Source: Candidatus Multivoradales bacterium
GTDB lineage: Bacteria > Acidobacteriota > Thermoanaerobaculia > Multivoradales > J023
Length of the DNA stretch: 64,000 nt
Reading direction: 5' to 3'
Assembly: GCA_965248925.1 (NCBI GenBank)
Contig: CBDFLE010000006.1
Coordinates: 2,144,001-2,208,000 of the forward strand
The notes beneath the pieces are model-generated. The model ran no database searches. It saw nothing but the letters and a program-made list of their open reading frames with translations, and was not told the DNA's origin. Both the position numbers and the translations under genes were made by a program. This document shows positions 28,636 through 38,991 of the stretch, piece by piece. Position 1 is the stretch's first letter. Each line of letters opens with the position of its first letter.

Positions 28636-29064
28636 ATGACGGCAACAAGCACCAAAACGAACTTACTGGCGGGCCTCGGTTTGGCCGTGATTCTGGCCAG
28701 TCTATGGTTAGCGCCAGCGACCCAGGCCGCCGAAGTGGAAGCCTGGACGGTGTACAAGAAATTCGTCGCCGAGTGTCAGACCGCGACCTCATTCGAACCG
28801 CTGCTCCCTCTACTTCCTGACTGGCGCCGCAAGCGCGTCGAAGCCGCCGATGAAGCCAGCCGCAAAGAAACCCTCGACCGGATCTGCAAAGATGCCAAAG
28901 ACCTGCAAGACATCGCCTTCATAAGCGCCGACGAGGCGAAGGCCAAGACCGTCCTGCACTTGAAAGCCAGCTGGAACGACTCGCCAATGAAAGGGCGGGT
29001 TGTCGTCGTGCGCGAGAAAGACGGTCTGAAGGTGGACGAGTGGTTCTGGGCCACCGGCCAATGA
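28636..29064 (+). CDS. Secreted hypothetical protein
   Basis: AAAGGA RBS; signal peptide ending ATQA. Confidence 0.7.
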   Translation: MTATSTKTNLLAGLGLAVILASLWLAPATQAAEVEAWTVYKKFVAECQTATSFEPLLPLLPDWRRKRVEAADEASRKETLDRICKDAKDLQDIAFISADEAKAKTVLHLKASWNDSPMKGRVVVVREKDGLKVDEWFWATGQ

Positions 29065-31940
29065 GCAGGCTTTCAGTTCTTCGCCACGGCAGCCATCGAC
29101 GCCACCTCGTGCTGCCCCTTGTGGTCCTGCTATGGCTGGCCGTCGGCACCCAGGCCAGGGCGCAAACGGTGTGGGTCATTCCCGGCATCGGCGACTGGTA
29201 CCTCGGAGCAAATTGGAGCGCCGCGGTGCCCACCGCGGCCGACGCCACGACGATCGACAACGGCGGTACGGCGGTCGCTGATCGCGGCTCGCCATTGTTC
29301 ACGGCCGATCCCGCGACCGGCGGGCTTGACATCGGGCTGCGTACTGACCCGGCGATGGGGCCGCCCTTCGCAACCGGTGCCGCAGAACTCGTCGATCTGG
29401 ACCTCAGTGTAGGAGCCAACCTGAACGTCGGAGTCGTCGACACTGTCGCGGGCCTCTTCGACGACGCCACCGGCAGTTTGAGTTCGGCGGCAGGCGGCAG
29501 CGCCCAGGGCAATGTTCAGGTGGTCGGCCAGGCAACCGTAGGCGCGGTCACGGCCGGACCGGCAGGCGCTATCGCGAGCGGCACCATTGGCCTCTCGGGC
29601 TCCCTATCCGGAAGCGGTGTTGAGGCGCTCATCGTCGGCCAAGCCGCCGCAGGAGGAACCGCCAGCGGGAGCGTCAGTGTCGTTGGCGACGTTAGCGACT
29701 TCCGTCGCATCACCCTCGGTCAAACCAATTTGTTGAGTACCGGAGATGCTACTGGCGACCTGACCGTGGGCGGCGCGGTGATCACCAACGAGTCGCCGGT
29801 AACCACCTTCAGCATCAGCAGCCAGGCAGGTGACGGCGCCGCCAACGGCACGGCCCAGATCGCCAGTGGCATCGTCGGCTTCGTGGATATCGCGGTCGGC
29901 TCGGGCAGCACCCAAGGCGCCCCAGGAGCTGGTGGTACCGGCCTGCTCGATGTGCTCGCCGGGGGTATCTCGGCCAGCGAAGGCTTTCTGCTCGCCGTCG
30001 GCGCCACCAATGGCGACGGCAACCTGCAAGGCACCGCCAATATCAACGGCGGCATCGACCGGTTTGCGATCGTCGAAACCGGGGTCATTCGGACGATCGG
30101 CGCCGCCGGCACCGCCACTGGACTCCTCGATGTCACCGGCGGCGACATCATCGGCAGGACAGGCAGCGACTTGACAGTCGGCCGAAACCAAGGAGACGGT
30201 ATCGCCGACGGCACCGTCAGCGTCGTGGGCGGCGTCAGCGACTTCCGTCGCATCACCGTCGGCCAAACCGGCTTGTTGAGTACTGGCGATGCCACCGGCG
30301 ACCTGACCACCGGCGGCGCGTTGATAACCACCGAAATGCCGGGAACCTCGATCAACATCAGCACCCAGGCAGGTGACGGCGCCGCCAACGGCACGGCCCA
30401 GATCGCCATGGGCATCACCGGCTATTTGGATATCGCGATCGGCTCGGGCAGCACCGACGGCGCCCTGGGAGCGGGTGGTATCGGCCAACTCGACGTGCTT
30501 GCAGGAGGCATCTCGGTCAGCGAAGGCTCTCTACTCTCCGTCGGCACCACCAACGGCGACGGCAACCTACAAGGCACCGTCAACGTCAACGGCGGCATCG
30601 ACCGGTTTGACATCGTCCAAACCGGCGTCATCCGGACCCAAGGCGCCGCCGGTAACGCCACTGGACTGCTCAATGTCACCGGCGGCGGCATCACCGGCAG
30701 GACTACTGGCACCTTCACCATCGGCCAAAGCAAAGGAACTGGCGACGCCCACGGCACCGTCAACGTCGCGGGCGGGGTCAGCGACTTCCGCCGCATCACC
30801 CTCGGTCAAACCGGCTTGTTGAGTACTGGCGATGCCACCGGCGACCTGACCACCGGCGGCGCGGTGGTCACCAACGAATCGCCGGTAACCACGTTCAGCG
30901 TCAGCAGCCAGGCTGGCGACGGCACCGCCAACGGTACGGCCCAGATTGCCATGGGCATCGCTGGCTTTGTGGATATCTCAATTGGCTCGGGCAGCACCGA
31001 CGGCGCCCCGGGAGCGGGTGGTGCCGGCCAACTCGACGTGCTCGCCGGGGGTATCGCGGCCAACGAAGGCTTTCTACTCTCCGTCGGCACTACCAACGGC
31101 GACGGCAACCTACAAGGCACCCTTAATGTCAGCGGTGGCATCGATCGGTTTGCGATCGTCGAAACCGGCGTCATCCGGACGATCGGCGCCGCCGGCAACG
31201 CCACCGGACTCATCGACGTCACCGGCGGCATCACCGGCCGGAGTTTTGGCAACTTCACCGTCGGCCAGACCGCGGGCTCCGGCAACGCAGACGGTAGCGT
31301 ACAGATCGCTGGTGACCTGGCCGGCTTCCAAGCGCTGGTCATCGGCCACACCGAGCTGGGGAGCGGTGGTACGGCCAACGGATTGCTAAGAATCGAATCC
31401 GGCACGGCGACGGCCACCAGCCTTGCGGTTGGTATTGCAGAAGGGCCGGGCACCGCGCTAGGCACGATCGACCTCGACCGGACGTTGGTAGATCTCACCG
31501 CAGACCTCACGTTAGGGCCCGGTAGCCACCTCGTGCTGCATCTAGACGGATTGGTCCGAGGCCTCGAATACAGTGCGCTCGGCGCCGCCACCGCCGTGCT
31601 CGATGGAGCGCTCGACGTGCTCTTCGAATTCCTACCCACGGACGGCGTCCATCATTTCGATTTGATCCGCGGCGACAACTCCGCCAACGCCATCACCGGA
31701 GACTTCGATCCCGGCAGCGTGGCGATCACCGGCCTACCGCCGACCTACACCACCACCACCGCGATCGTCACTGATCTGGTCAACGGCCAACCCACCGCCA
31801 TCTACCGCCTGACGGTGGCTAGCGCTGGAGCACCGGTGATCGATATTCCAACCCTCGGTTCATCAAGCCTGCTCGGCCTGGCCCTATTGCTAGCCGCGAT
31901 GGGCTGTCTGGCCCTCCGCTGGCATGGAGGAGGCGCCTAG
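29061..31940 (+). CDS. Gly/Thr-rich repetitive surface protein with IPTL-CTERM-like tail
   Basis: Signal peptide; three 181-aa repeats; C-terminal IPTLGSSSLLGLALLLAAMGCLALR. Confidence 0.8.
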   Translation: MSRLSVLRHGSHRRHLVLPLVVLLWLAVGTQARAQTVWVIPGIGDWYLGANWSAAVPTAADATTIDNGGTAVADRGSPLFTADPATGGLDIGLRTDPAMGPPFATGAAELVDLDLSVGANLNVGVVDTVAGLFDDATGSLSSAAGGSAQGNVQVVGQATVGAVTAGPAGAIASGTIGLSGSLSGSGVEALIVGQAAAGGTASGSVSVVGDVSDFRRITLGQTNLLSTGDATGDLTVGGAVITNESPVTTFSISSQAGDGAANGTAQIASGIVGFVDIAVGSGSTQGAPGAGGTGLLDVLAGGISASEGFLLAVGATNGDGNLQGTANINGGIDRFAIVETGVIRTIGAAGTATGLLDVTGGDIIGRTGSDLTVGRNQGDGIADGTVSVVGGVSDFRRITVGQTGLLSTGDATGDLTTGGALITTEMPGTSINISTQAGDGAANGTAQIAMGITGYLDIAIGSGSTDGALGAGGIGQLDVLAGGISVSEGSLLSVGTTNGDGNLQGTVNVNGGIDRFDIVQTGVIRTQGAAGNATGLLNVTGGGITGRTTGTFTIGQSKGTGDAHGTVNVAGGVSDFRRITLGQTGLLSTGDATGDLTTGGAVVTNESPVTTFSVSSQAGDGTANGTAQIAMGIAGFVDISIGSGSTDGAPGAGGAGQLDVLAGGIAANEGFLLSVGTTNGDGNLQGTLNVSGGIDRFAIVETGVIRTIGAAGNATGLIDVTGGITGRSFGNFTVGQTAGSGNADGSVQIAGDLAGFQALVIGHTELGSGGTANGLLRIESGTATATSLAVGIAEGPGTALGTIDLDRTLVDLTADLTLGPGSHLVLHLDGLVRGLEYSALGAATAVLDGALDVLFEFLPTDGVHHFDLIRGDNSANAITGDFDPGSVAITGLPPTYTTTTAIVTDLVNGQPTAIYRLTVASAGAPVIDIPTLGSSSLLGLALLLAAMGCLALRWHGGGA
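29694..31320 (+). repeat. Three intragenic tandem repeats, 543-nt period
   Basis: AGCGACTTCCGYCGCATCACC at 29694, 30237 and 30780; end coordinate approximate. Confidence 0.9.
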
Positions 31941-32061
31941 GCACTCGGCTCGGCGGCCAACACCGATTGCACCCGCAACATCAAGCCGTCGAAACCGCAA
32001 CGCATGTCTGCCCCCTCCCCCGCCTGTGTTACACTGTCCGTATTACTAACCGGAGAACCCA

Positions 32062-32319
32062 ATGGCGACCGTACGGCTTGATACCGCAACAGAAGCTAGC
32101 TTGAGTCGTTTGGCGCTGCGGCGAGGGCAAACCAAGTCCGACCTCATCCGCGACGCCATCTCTATACTGGTCGAAGAAGAAGGCGAGCAGTCGGCCTACC
32201 AACGCCTTCAATCCTTCGTCGGCATCGCCGACAGTGGCGGGCAACAGCTATCGCAGAACACTGGGCGGCGATTCCGGGACACCCTCGAAGAAAAGCATCG
32301 TGCGCGCCGTTCTGGTTGA
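32062..32319 (+). CDS. RHH/CopG-type antitoxin
   Basis: TVRLD....L..LA.RRGQTKSDLIRDAI; upstream of a PIN gene. Confidence 0.82.
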   Translation: MATVRLDTATEASLSRLALRRGQTKSDLIRDAISILVEEEGEQSAYQRLQSFVGIADSGGQQLSQNTGRRFRDTLEEKHRARRSG

Positions 32320-32710
32320 CGCCGGCCCCTTGGTGGCCCTGCTCGATCGCAGCGACAACCATCACCGGTCTGTGGCCGCCGCCATGGCGAAGATTCACGA
32401 CCCCCTGGTCAGCGTCTGGCCCGCCATCGTCGAAGCGATGTACCTACTCTCGTTCTCCTGGCGCGCCCAGCAAGCTCTGTGGGAGATCCTCGAAACCGAC
32501 GCCGTGCGAATCCTCCCTCTCGGTCCAGCCGACATTCCGCCAATGAAAAAGTTGATGGAGAAATACCGCGACCTGCCGATGGACATGGCCGACGCCGGCC
32601 TCGTTCGGGTCGCCGACCGCGAAAGCATTCGCCGGGTCATGACCCTCGATCAAGGTGACTTCAGCATCTACAGATTGCCGCGCAAGGGTCACTTCACCCT
32701 GCTACCTTGA
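32300..32710 (+). CDS. vapC: PIN-domain VapC toxin
   Basis: GTG start; VLVDAGPLVAL, E, YRDLPMDMADA, TLD..DF. Confidence 0.88.
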   Translation: MRAVLVDAGPLVALLDRSDNHHRSVAAAMAKIHDPLVSVWPAIVEAMYLLSFSWRAQQALWEILETDAVRILPLGPADIPPMKKLMEKYRDLPMDMADAGLVRVADRESIRRVMTLDQGDFSIYRLPRKGHFTLLP

Positions 32711-32880
32711 CCTGGGCCAGTCGAAGCCTCAGAGCTGGTGACCGGGCGGAACCTCTCTGGCCAGGAACCTACTCCCTACCAGGCCCGTACCTGCGTATCA
32801 CCCAGGAACTCGACCGTCTCTCCCGATTGCATTCCGGCTCACCTTGCGCGCTATCATATTGCTAGCAGGAGGTATCTCAG

Positions 32881-33111
32881 ATGGCACAGATCCTGGTCAG
32901 GAATCTCGAGGACTCCTTGGTGGGTCGCCTGAAGGAGCGGGCACAGCGACACCATCGGTCACTTGAAGGCGAGGTTCGGCGTATTCTCGCCGAGGCGATC
33001 AAACTCGATGTAGGCGAATTCCGCCTCCAGTCGCGAGTTCTTCGTGACCGTCTCTCGGGACGCAGCTTTCCCGATCTCGCCGAGCTCATCACGTCAGACC
33101 GCTCCAGATGA
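32881..33111 (+). CDS. FitA-like RHH antitoxin
   Basis: MAQILVRNLED...LKERA..HHRSLEGEVRRIL; AGGAGG RBS. Confidence 0.85.
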   Translation: MAQILVRNLEDSLVGRLKERAQRHHRSLEGEVRRILAEAIKLDVGEFRLQSRVLRDRLSGRSFPDLAELITSDRSR

Positions 33112-33206
33112 TCGTTGTCGATGCCAGCGTCGTCGCTCACTGGTTGATCCCCGGAATCTTCTCCGAGTCCACTTCGGCGCTGCTGGAGAGTGAGCACCGC
33201 TCATAA
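33108..33206 (+). pseudogene. Truncated VapC/PIN toxin (N-terminal 32 aa only)
   Basis: ATGA overlap with the antitoxin; MIVVDASVVAHW.. then a stop inside the repeat array. Confidence 0.75.
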
Positions 33207-33509
33207 TGTGCCCGCTCATAATGTGCCTGGCACCTTTTGCCGGCACTACCGCTCATAATGTGCCTGGCACCTTTTGCCGCCGCTCATAATGTGCCTGGCA
33301 CCTTTTGCCGGCAGCACCTTTTGCCGGCACTACCGCTCATAATGTGCCTGGCACCTTTTGCCGGCAGCACCTTTTGCCGGCACTACCGCTCATAATGTGC
33401 CCGCTCATAATGTGCCTGGCACCTTTTGCCGGCCAGCCGCCGCTCATAATGTGCCTGGCACCTTTTGCCGGCACTACCGCTCATAATGTGCCTGGCACCT
33501 TTTGCCGGC
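33197..33509. repeat. Mosaic tandem repeat, unit CCGCTCATAATGTGCCTGGCACCTTTTGCCGGCACTA (37 nt) with partial units
   Basis: Nine copies of CCGCTCATAATGTGC; internal palindrome GTGCCTGGCAC; no unique spacers. Confidence 0.92.
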
Positions 33510-33908
33510 GTCTTTGTCAGCGCCGTTCTTGGCCACGCCGAAGGCGCGAGCCGCGAAGTGCTGCGGCGCTGTTTGCTCCGCGAGATCGCTCCCGCCCTCG
33601 GGACTGCTCTATTCTTGGAGTACGAGGATGTTGTCCACCGGCCTTCAATCATCGAGCAATCTCGCTTGTCCAAGACTGAAATCGGTGATCTGCTCGACGC
33701 CTTCGCCAGCGTCTGCGCCTGGACCGCGATCTACTACCAATGGCGACCAAACCTCATCGACGAAGCCGACAACCATCTCTTGGAGCTGGCCATCGCGTCC
33801 GGAGCAGAGGCCATCGTCACCAAGAATGTCCGCCACCTTCGAAGCGGAGATCTACGCTTCCCACAGATCCAGATCCTCCGACCAGAGGAGCTGATCAAGG
33901 AGTTGTGA
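33486..33908 (+). pseudogene. PIN-family toxin whose N-terminal DTN strand is replaced by repeat sequence
   Basis: MCLAPFAG (repeat-derived) followed by VFVSA..EY..DEADNHLLELA..IVTKN. Confidence 0.65.
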
Positions 33909-33910
33909 TC

Positions 33911-34132
33911 ATGGCTACCGTAACCGTCCGACTGCCTGACGAAAAGCACGAGCGCCTGAAGCTGATGGCCAAGCGACATGGCGTCAGCCTCAACAAGCTC
34001 TTTGAAGAGTTCTCGACCACGGCTCTTGCCGAGTTCGATGTCGAGACGCGGTTTCGAGTACGGGCAGGGCGGGGGGCGATTCAACGGGGACTCGCGATCC
34101 TTGAGAATCTAGAGAATCAGAACTCGCTCTAG
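33911..34132 (+). CDS. RHH/HicB-like antitoxin
   Basis: MATVTVRLPDEKHERLK..A...GVSLNKL; follows the PIN gene. Confidence 0.8.
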   Translation: MATVTVRLPDEKHERLKLMAKRHGVSLNKLFEEFSTTALAEFDVETRFRVRAGRGAIQRGLAILENLENQNSL

Positions 34133-34158
34133 CCGCAGGAAGAACCAGCAGGCCAGCA

Positions 34159-34872
34159 ATGGACGATGAGGAGTTCTTCAGAGAGTATCGCGACGGGCTA
34201 ATCCGCGAGGCGCAGCGTTTTGTGGGCTCCGCAAGGATCCTTCGCTTGCTGGATGAATGCCGCCAAGATCAACTGTGTCTCGCAGCCTTGCAGCAGGTGG
34301 CTCCCGCTTTCTTCTCACTCACGCGTCAAGCTCACTACGTACTGATAGTCGTCACTTGCCACAAGCTCTACGAGGATAAGGGAGAACGCTCAATCCCTCG
34401 ACTCCTCATCTGGCTCGAACAGAACATCGGCATCTTCTCGGCAGACCACCTCCGCGAGCGCCGAGACCTTTCTGAAGATTACTGGCTGCTTGAGCCTCAC
34501 CGCAGGGATCCAATAACTCGCGCAACTGTCCAGGCCCATCGCGACAAAATCAATCGACTCGAATTTCTGAACTCGATTGCTACTCGGCGGCACAAGGTCT
34601 GGGCTCACATCGACAAGAAGTACTTCACAGATCCTTCTCGGCTCGACCAAGATGCGCCGATATCATGGTCCGGGCTCGACCAAGCTGTCGAGCTTACAAA
34701 CGACATTCTATCCACCTATTCCGGTGCGTTTGACGGCCTGGCCCAGCCGCTTGGGGAGGACAATGCCGGAGATCTGACGAGGCTCTTGGCCAAACTTCAG
34801 AATGTCCCGTCGGCCAAATTGACCGATGGCGAGCGCCCTAAACTACTGATTGATAGCGATTTAGACGAGTAG
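34159..34872 (+). CDS. HEPN-domain protein (AbiU2-like)
   Basis: Helical protein with RRHKVWAH (R..H HEPN motif); adjacent to a tRNA 3' end. Confidence 0.6.
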   Translation: MDDEEFFREYRDGLIREAQRFVGSARILRLLDECRQDQLCLAALQQVAPAFFSLTRQAHYVLIVVTCHKLYEDKGERSIPRLLIWLEQNIGIFSADHLRERRDLSEDYWLLEPHRRDPITRATVQAHRDKINRLEFLNSIATRRHKVWAHIDKKYFTDPSRLDQDAPISWSGLDQAVELTNDILSTYSGAFDGLAQPLGEDNAGDLTRLLAKLQNVPSAKLTDGERPKLLIDSDLDE

Positions 34873-34882
34873 CAAGGCGGGG

Positions 34883-34956
34883 TGGCTGGGAGACAGGGAT
34901 TCGAACCCCGATTCTACGGTCCAGAGCCGTATGTCCTACCATTAGACGATCTCCCA
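34883..34956 (-). tRNA. tRNA-Gln(CTG)
   Basis: TGGGAGATCGTCTAATGGTAGGAC..CT-CTG-GA..GGTTCGAATCC..CCA cloverleaf. Confidence 0.95.
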
Positions 34957-34992
34957 AGGGGTCAGAAAATTACCAAAGCTCTCTGGCCGGCG

Positions 34993-36447
34993 TCAACCCT
35001 CCAGCTGGATCGGGTTGGCGCGCAGCCAGGTGCCGAAATTTTCTAGATGGCGCAAGGTTGCCTCGCGGCCCATGACCTCGACCAGATCGAAAAGGGGCGG
35101 TCCGGCTTTGGCTCCAGACAGGGCCATCCGCGTGGGGTGGATGAGCTTGCCAGCGCCTAGGCCGAGTTCTTCGGCGACGGCGCGGAGCGCGGTGTCGGTG
35201 CCGGCGATGTCGAAGGGTTCGAGTTCGGCGTAGCGCGACGCCATTTGCGCTAGCTGATCCGGCAGCTCAGCCTGCTTCAAATGCTTCTTGCACAGCTCCA
35301 GATCATAATCGAGCTGTTCTTGGAAGTAGGGCTTGGCCGACTGGGCCAGGATCCGCAAGTCGCGGGCTCGGCCACGGTGTAGCTCCAAGACAGTGCGCAG
35401 CCGCTTTGGATCGACATCTGCCAAGCCAACTTCGGCAAGGAAGGGCTGGAGCTCGGAGAACAACTCGTCGAAGGGCAGGCTCGACATGTATTGGGCGTTC
35501 ATCCAGGCCAACTTGTCGGGATCGAAGACCGCCGCCGAACGCACCAGGCGCTCGACGGTGAAGGCTTCTACCAATTCGTCGCGGCTCATCAACTCGCGAT
35601 CGTCCCCAGGGGACCAACCGAGCAGCGCCAGGTAGTTGTACAAGGCGTGGCGCAAGATGCCCTGGTCGCGAAATTCCTCTACCGAGGCGGCGCCGGTGCG
35701 CTTGGACAAGCGCTTCTTGTCGGCGCCGAGGATCAACGGCAGGTGGCAGTAGGTTGGCGGCTCGTAGCCCAGGGCGTGGAATAGACCGATGTGCTTGGGG
35801 GAGTTCGACAGGTGGTCGTCGCCGCGCACTACGTGGCTGACCTTCATCTCGATGTCGTCGCAAACTACCGATAAATGGTAGGTCGGCGTGCCATCGCTGC
35901 GCAGAATGATGAAGTCGCTCAAGTGATCGAGAGGGAATTCGACGTCGCCAGCCACTAGGTCATGCATGCGAATCGGCTCGGTGGGCATGGCGAAGCGGAT
36001 CGCGTAGGGCTCGCCCGCGGCGAGGCGGCGTTCAACTTCTTCGGCGGTGCCGTTCCAAGCTCGGTCGTAGCGGTAAGAGCCACCTTGGCGACGCGCCTCG
36101 TCTCGCTTCTCAGCGAGGAATTCCTGGGTCAGGAAGCAGGGATAGGCTTTATCTTCTTCGAGCAGCCGCTGGGCAGTGGCGCGATGGCGCTCGATACCCT
36201 CGCTCTGAAAATGCGGGCCTTCGTCCCAAGCGACGCCGAGCCAGCGCAAGGCGCTCAAGATCTGCTCGGTCATGGCAGCGTCTGAGCGCGCCCGGTCGGT
36301 GTCTTCGATGCGCAGAATGAACTGGCCTCCGAGCTGGCGGCGCAGAAAATCGTTGTAAATCGCCGTGCGCGCTCCACCGACGTGCAGAAAACCGGTGGGG
36401 GATGGGGCGAAACGGACCCGCACGGGGCCTTTCAGCTGGGTTGTCAT
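34993..36447 (-). CDS. gltX: Glutamate--tRNA ligase
   Basis: RFAPSPTGFLHVG (HIGH), RIEDTD, RLSKR (KMSKS-like). Confidence 0.95.
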   Translation of the reverse strand: MTTQLKGPVRVRFAPSPTGFLHVGGARTAIYNDFLRRQLGGQFILRIEDTDRARSDAAMTEQILSALRWLGVAWDEGPHFQSEGIERHRATAQRLLEEDKAYPCFLTQEFLAEKRDEARRQGGSYRYDRAWNGTAEEVERRLAAGEPYAIRFAMPTEPIRMHDLVAGDVEFPLDHLSDFIILRSDGTPTYHLSVVCDDIEMKVSHVVRGDDHLSNSPKHIGLFHALGYEPPTYCHLPLILGADKKRLSKRTGAASVEEFRDQGILRHALYNYLALLGWSPGDDRELMSRDELVEAFTVERLVRSAAVFDPDKLAWMNAQYMSSLPFDELFSELQPFLAEVGLADVDPKRLRTVLELHRGRARDLRILAQSAKPYFQEQLDYDLELCKKHLKQAELPDQLAQMASRYAELEPFDIAGTDTALRAVAEELGLGAGKLIHPTRMALSGAKAGPPLFDLVEVMGREATLRHLENFGTWLRANPIQLEG

Positions 36448-36657
36448 CTCTCTTACCCTCAATATCTTGCCGGGCTAGACAAAGCCACGGGTTGCTGGAA
36501 TGCACCCTGGCGGGCCGCCGCGCGAAAGTAGCACGGCGACGGAGCACCCTCAAGCAGGCCCTGGCGACCTTACAGGGCAGAACGGTGGAATATTGCCGAT
36601 TCGGGCTTTGACTCGGAGCGGGCTCGTCAGTACAATTCGCCGTCTGTCGATCCCCGC

Positions 36658-36755
<98 letters not shown>

Positions 36756-36957
36756 CCGCCGCCCAATAGCCGCCAAAAAGCTCATCAAGATCATCTGCGG
36801 ACCTTCCCTCCCAGCGTGAAGGCGGTACACTTGCGCCGATCTGAATAGCCTCGACCGGAGACCGCAGAAGAGCCCTGATTTCTACTGGCCATAGCTCTCG
36901 AAGAAACGGTTCTCGCCCGCTTGCCAGGCAGCGGCAGAGGACTGAGGAGACCGCCCG

Positions 36958-38973
36958 ATGACCGTCTCAGCGATCCGTGACCACGACCAGCTGACCATCA
37001 ACACGCTGCGCTTCTTGGCCGTCGACATGGTGCAAGCAGCCAACTCGGGCCATCCCGGCGCGCCGATGGGTCAAGCCGCTGTGGCCTACCGCTTGTGGAG
37101 TCGCCAACTGCGTTTCGACCCGCGGGCGCCCGAGTGGCCCAACCGCGATCGTTTCGTGCTCTCCTGCGGCCATGCTTCGGCGCTGCTCTATGGCTTGCTG
37201 CACCTGGCGGGCTATGAGGATATGACTCTCGACGAGCTGCGCAATTTCCGCCAGCTGCACTCACGCACCGCCGGCCACCCGGAGTACGGCCACGCCGCCG
37301 GCATCGAAACCACCACCGGCCCGCTGGGTCAGGGAGTGGCCACCGCGGTCGGCATGGCAATGGCCGAACGGATGCTCGGCGCGCGCTTCAACCGCGACGG
37401 CTTCGCCCTTTTTGATCACCGCATCTGGGCGCTGGCCAGTGACGGGGACCTGATGGAGGGGGTCAGCGCCGAAGCCGCCTCGATGGCCGGCCACCTCGGC
37501 CTCGGCAAGCTCAATGTGCTGTGGGACGACAACCGCATCACCATCGACGGCGGCACCGAGATGTCGTTCACCGAGGATGTCCTGGCGCGCCATGCCGCCT
37601 ATGGCTGGCACACTCTGGAAGTGGAGGACGGCAACGATCTGCCGGCGATCGACAGCGCCCTCGCCGCCGCCGCCGCCGAAACCGCGCGGCCCACCTTGAT
37701 CCGAGTGCGAACTCGCATCGGCTTTGGCAGCCCCAACAAGCAGGACAGCTCGGCCGCCCACGGCGCCCCCCTGGGCGAAGAAGAGGTGCGGCTAACCAAG
37801 GACAACCTGGGCTGGCCACACGAGCCCACATTCCACGTGCCCAGCGAAGCTCGCCAGACCCTCGCCGCCGCCGCCGCCCGTGGCGCCACCGAGCGCCAAG
37901 AATGGGACAATTCGCTCGAGCGCTACGCCACTGCGCACCCGGAAGCAGCGGCCGAGTTGCGCTGCCGCCTCGCTGGCCAATTTCCCATCGATTGGCAAGA
38001 AGCGGTGCCGAGTTTCGAGCCCGGCGGCCAGCCGCTAGCTACCCGCCGGGCCTCCGGCACGGTGCTCAATGCGATCGCCCAACGGCTGCCAGAACTGATC
38101 GGCGGCTCGGCCGATCTGGCGGGCTCGAACAAGACAATGCTCACGGGTCGCGAAGATCACACCGCCGCCAATCCAGCGGGCTACAACCTCTATTTTGGCG
38201 TCCGCGAGCACGCCATGGGGGCAGCCATGAACGGCATGGCGCTGTCGCGGCTGCTGCGGCCCTACGGCGGCACTTTCTTGATCTTCAGTGATTACATGCG
38301 GCCAGCGATGCGACTGGCGGCGCTGATGGGCCTACCGACGATCTACGTCATGACCCACGACTCGGTATTTCTCGGCGAGGACGGACCCACCCACCAGCCT
38401 GTGAGCCAGCTGCTGTCGTTGCGCTCGATCCCCAATCTGCGCCTTTTCCGGCCGGCAGACGCCAATGAAACCGCCGAATGCTGGCGCCAAGCAATTCTCC
38501 ACCAGGGCGGTCCCAGCGTGCTGGCCTTGACCCGCCAGGGGCTGCCCATTCTGCAGGGGATTGCCGACGGCGCCCGCGAAGGCGTCGCCCGCGGTGCCTA
38601 CACCATCGCCGATCCGGCCGACGGCGAGCCGCAGATATTGCTCTTGGCCACCGGTTCGGAGGTCTGGCTGGCGGTCGAGGCCCACCAGCGGCTGGCCGCC
38701 GAGGGCATTGCCACGCGAGTGGTCAGCATGCCCTGCTGGAGCCTCTTCGACGCCCAGGACGCTGCCTACCGCGATTCGGTGCTGCCACCGACGGTCGACG
38801 AACGACTTGCGGTCGAGGCGGGCTCGCCGATGGGTTGGCACAAATACGTCGGCCTGCAGGGCGAAGTCATCGCCCAGGAGGGCTTCGGCGCCTCGGCGCC
38901 GGGCGCCGCCATCGCCGAGGAATTCGGCTACACCGTCGACAACGTAGTCGCCCGCGCCAAAGCACTGCTCTGA
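36958..38973 (+). CDS. tkt: Transketolase
   Basis: [34 protein letters not shown]. Confidence 0.97.
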   Translation: MTVSAIRDHDQLTINTLRFLAVDMVQAANSGHPGAPMGQAAVAYRLWSRQLRFDPRAPEWPNRDRFVLSCGHASALLYGLLHLAGYEDMTLDELRNFRQLHSRTAGHPEYGHAAGIETTTGPLGQGVATAVGMAMAERMLGARFNRDGFALFDHRIWALASDGDLMEGVSAEAASMAGHLGLGKLNVLWDDNRITIDGGTEMSFTEDVLARHAAYGWHTLEVEDGNDLPAIDSALAAAAAETARPTLIRVRTRIGFGSPNKQDSSAAHGAPLGEEEVRLTKDNLGWPHEPTFHVPSEARQTLAAAAARGATERQEWDNSLERYATAHPEAAAELRCRLAGQFPIDWQEAVPSFEPGGQPLATRRASGTVLNAIAQRLPELIGGSADLAGSNKTMLTGREDHTAANPAGYNLYFGVREHAMGAAMNGMALSRLLRPYGGTFLIFSDYMRPAMRLAALMGLPTIYVMTHDSVFLGEDGPTHQPVSQLLSLRSIPNLRLFRPADANETAECWRQAILHQGGPSVLALTRQGLPILQGIADGAREGVARGAYTIADPADGEPQILLLATGSEVWLAVEAHQRLAAEGIATRVVSMPCWSLFDAQDAAYRDSVLPPTVDERLAVEAGSPMGWHKYVGLQGEVIAQEGFGASAPGAAIAEEFGYTVDNVVARAKALL

Positions 38974-38991
38974 GCGAGTCGAACTGCGATT

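Noticed and set aside
33197-33509. CRISPR array
   Set aside because: The ~37-nt units abut or overlap with no unique spacers, and no cas genes are in the window
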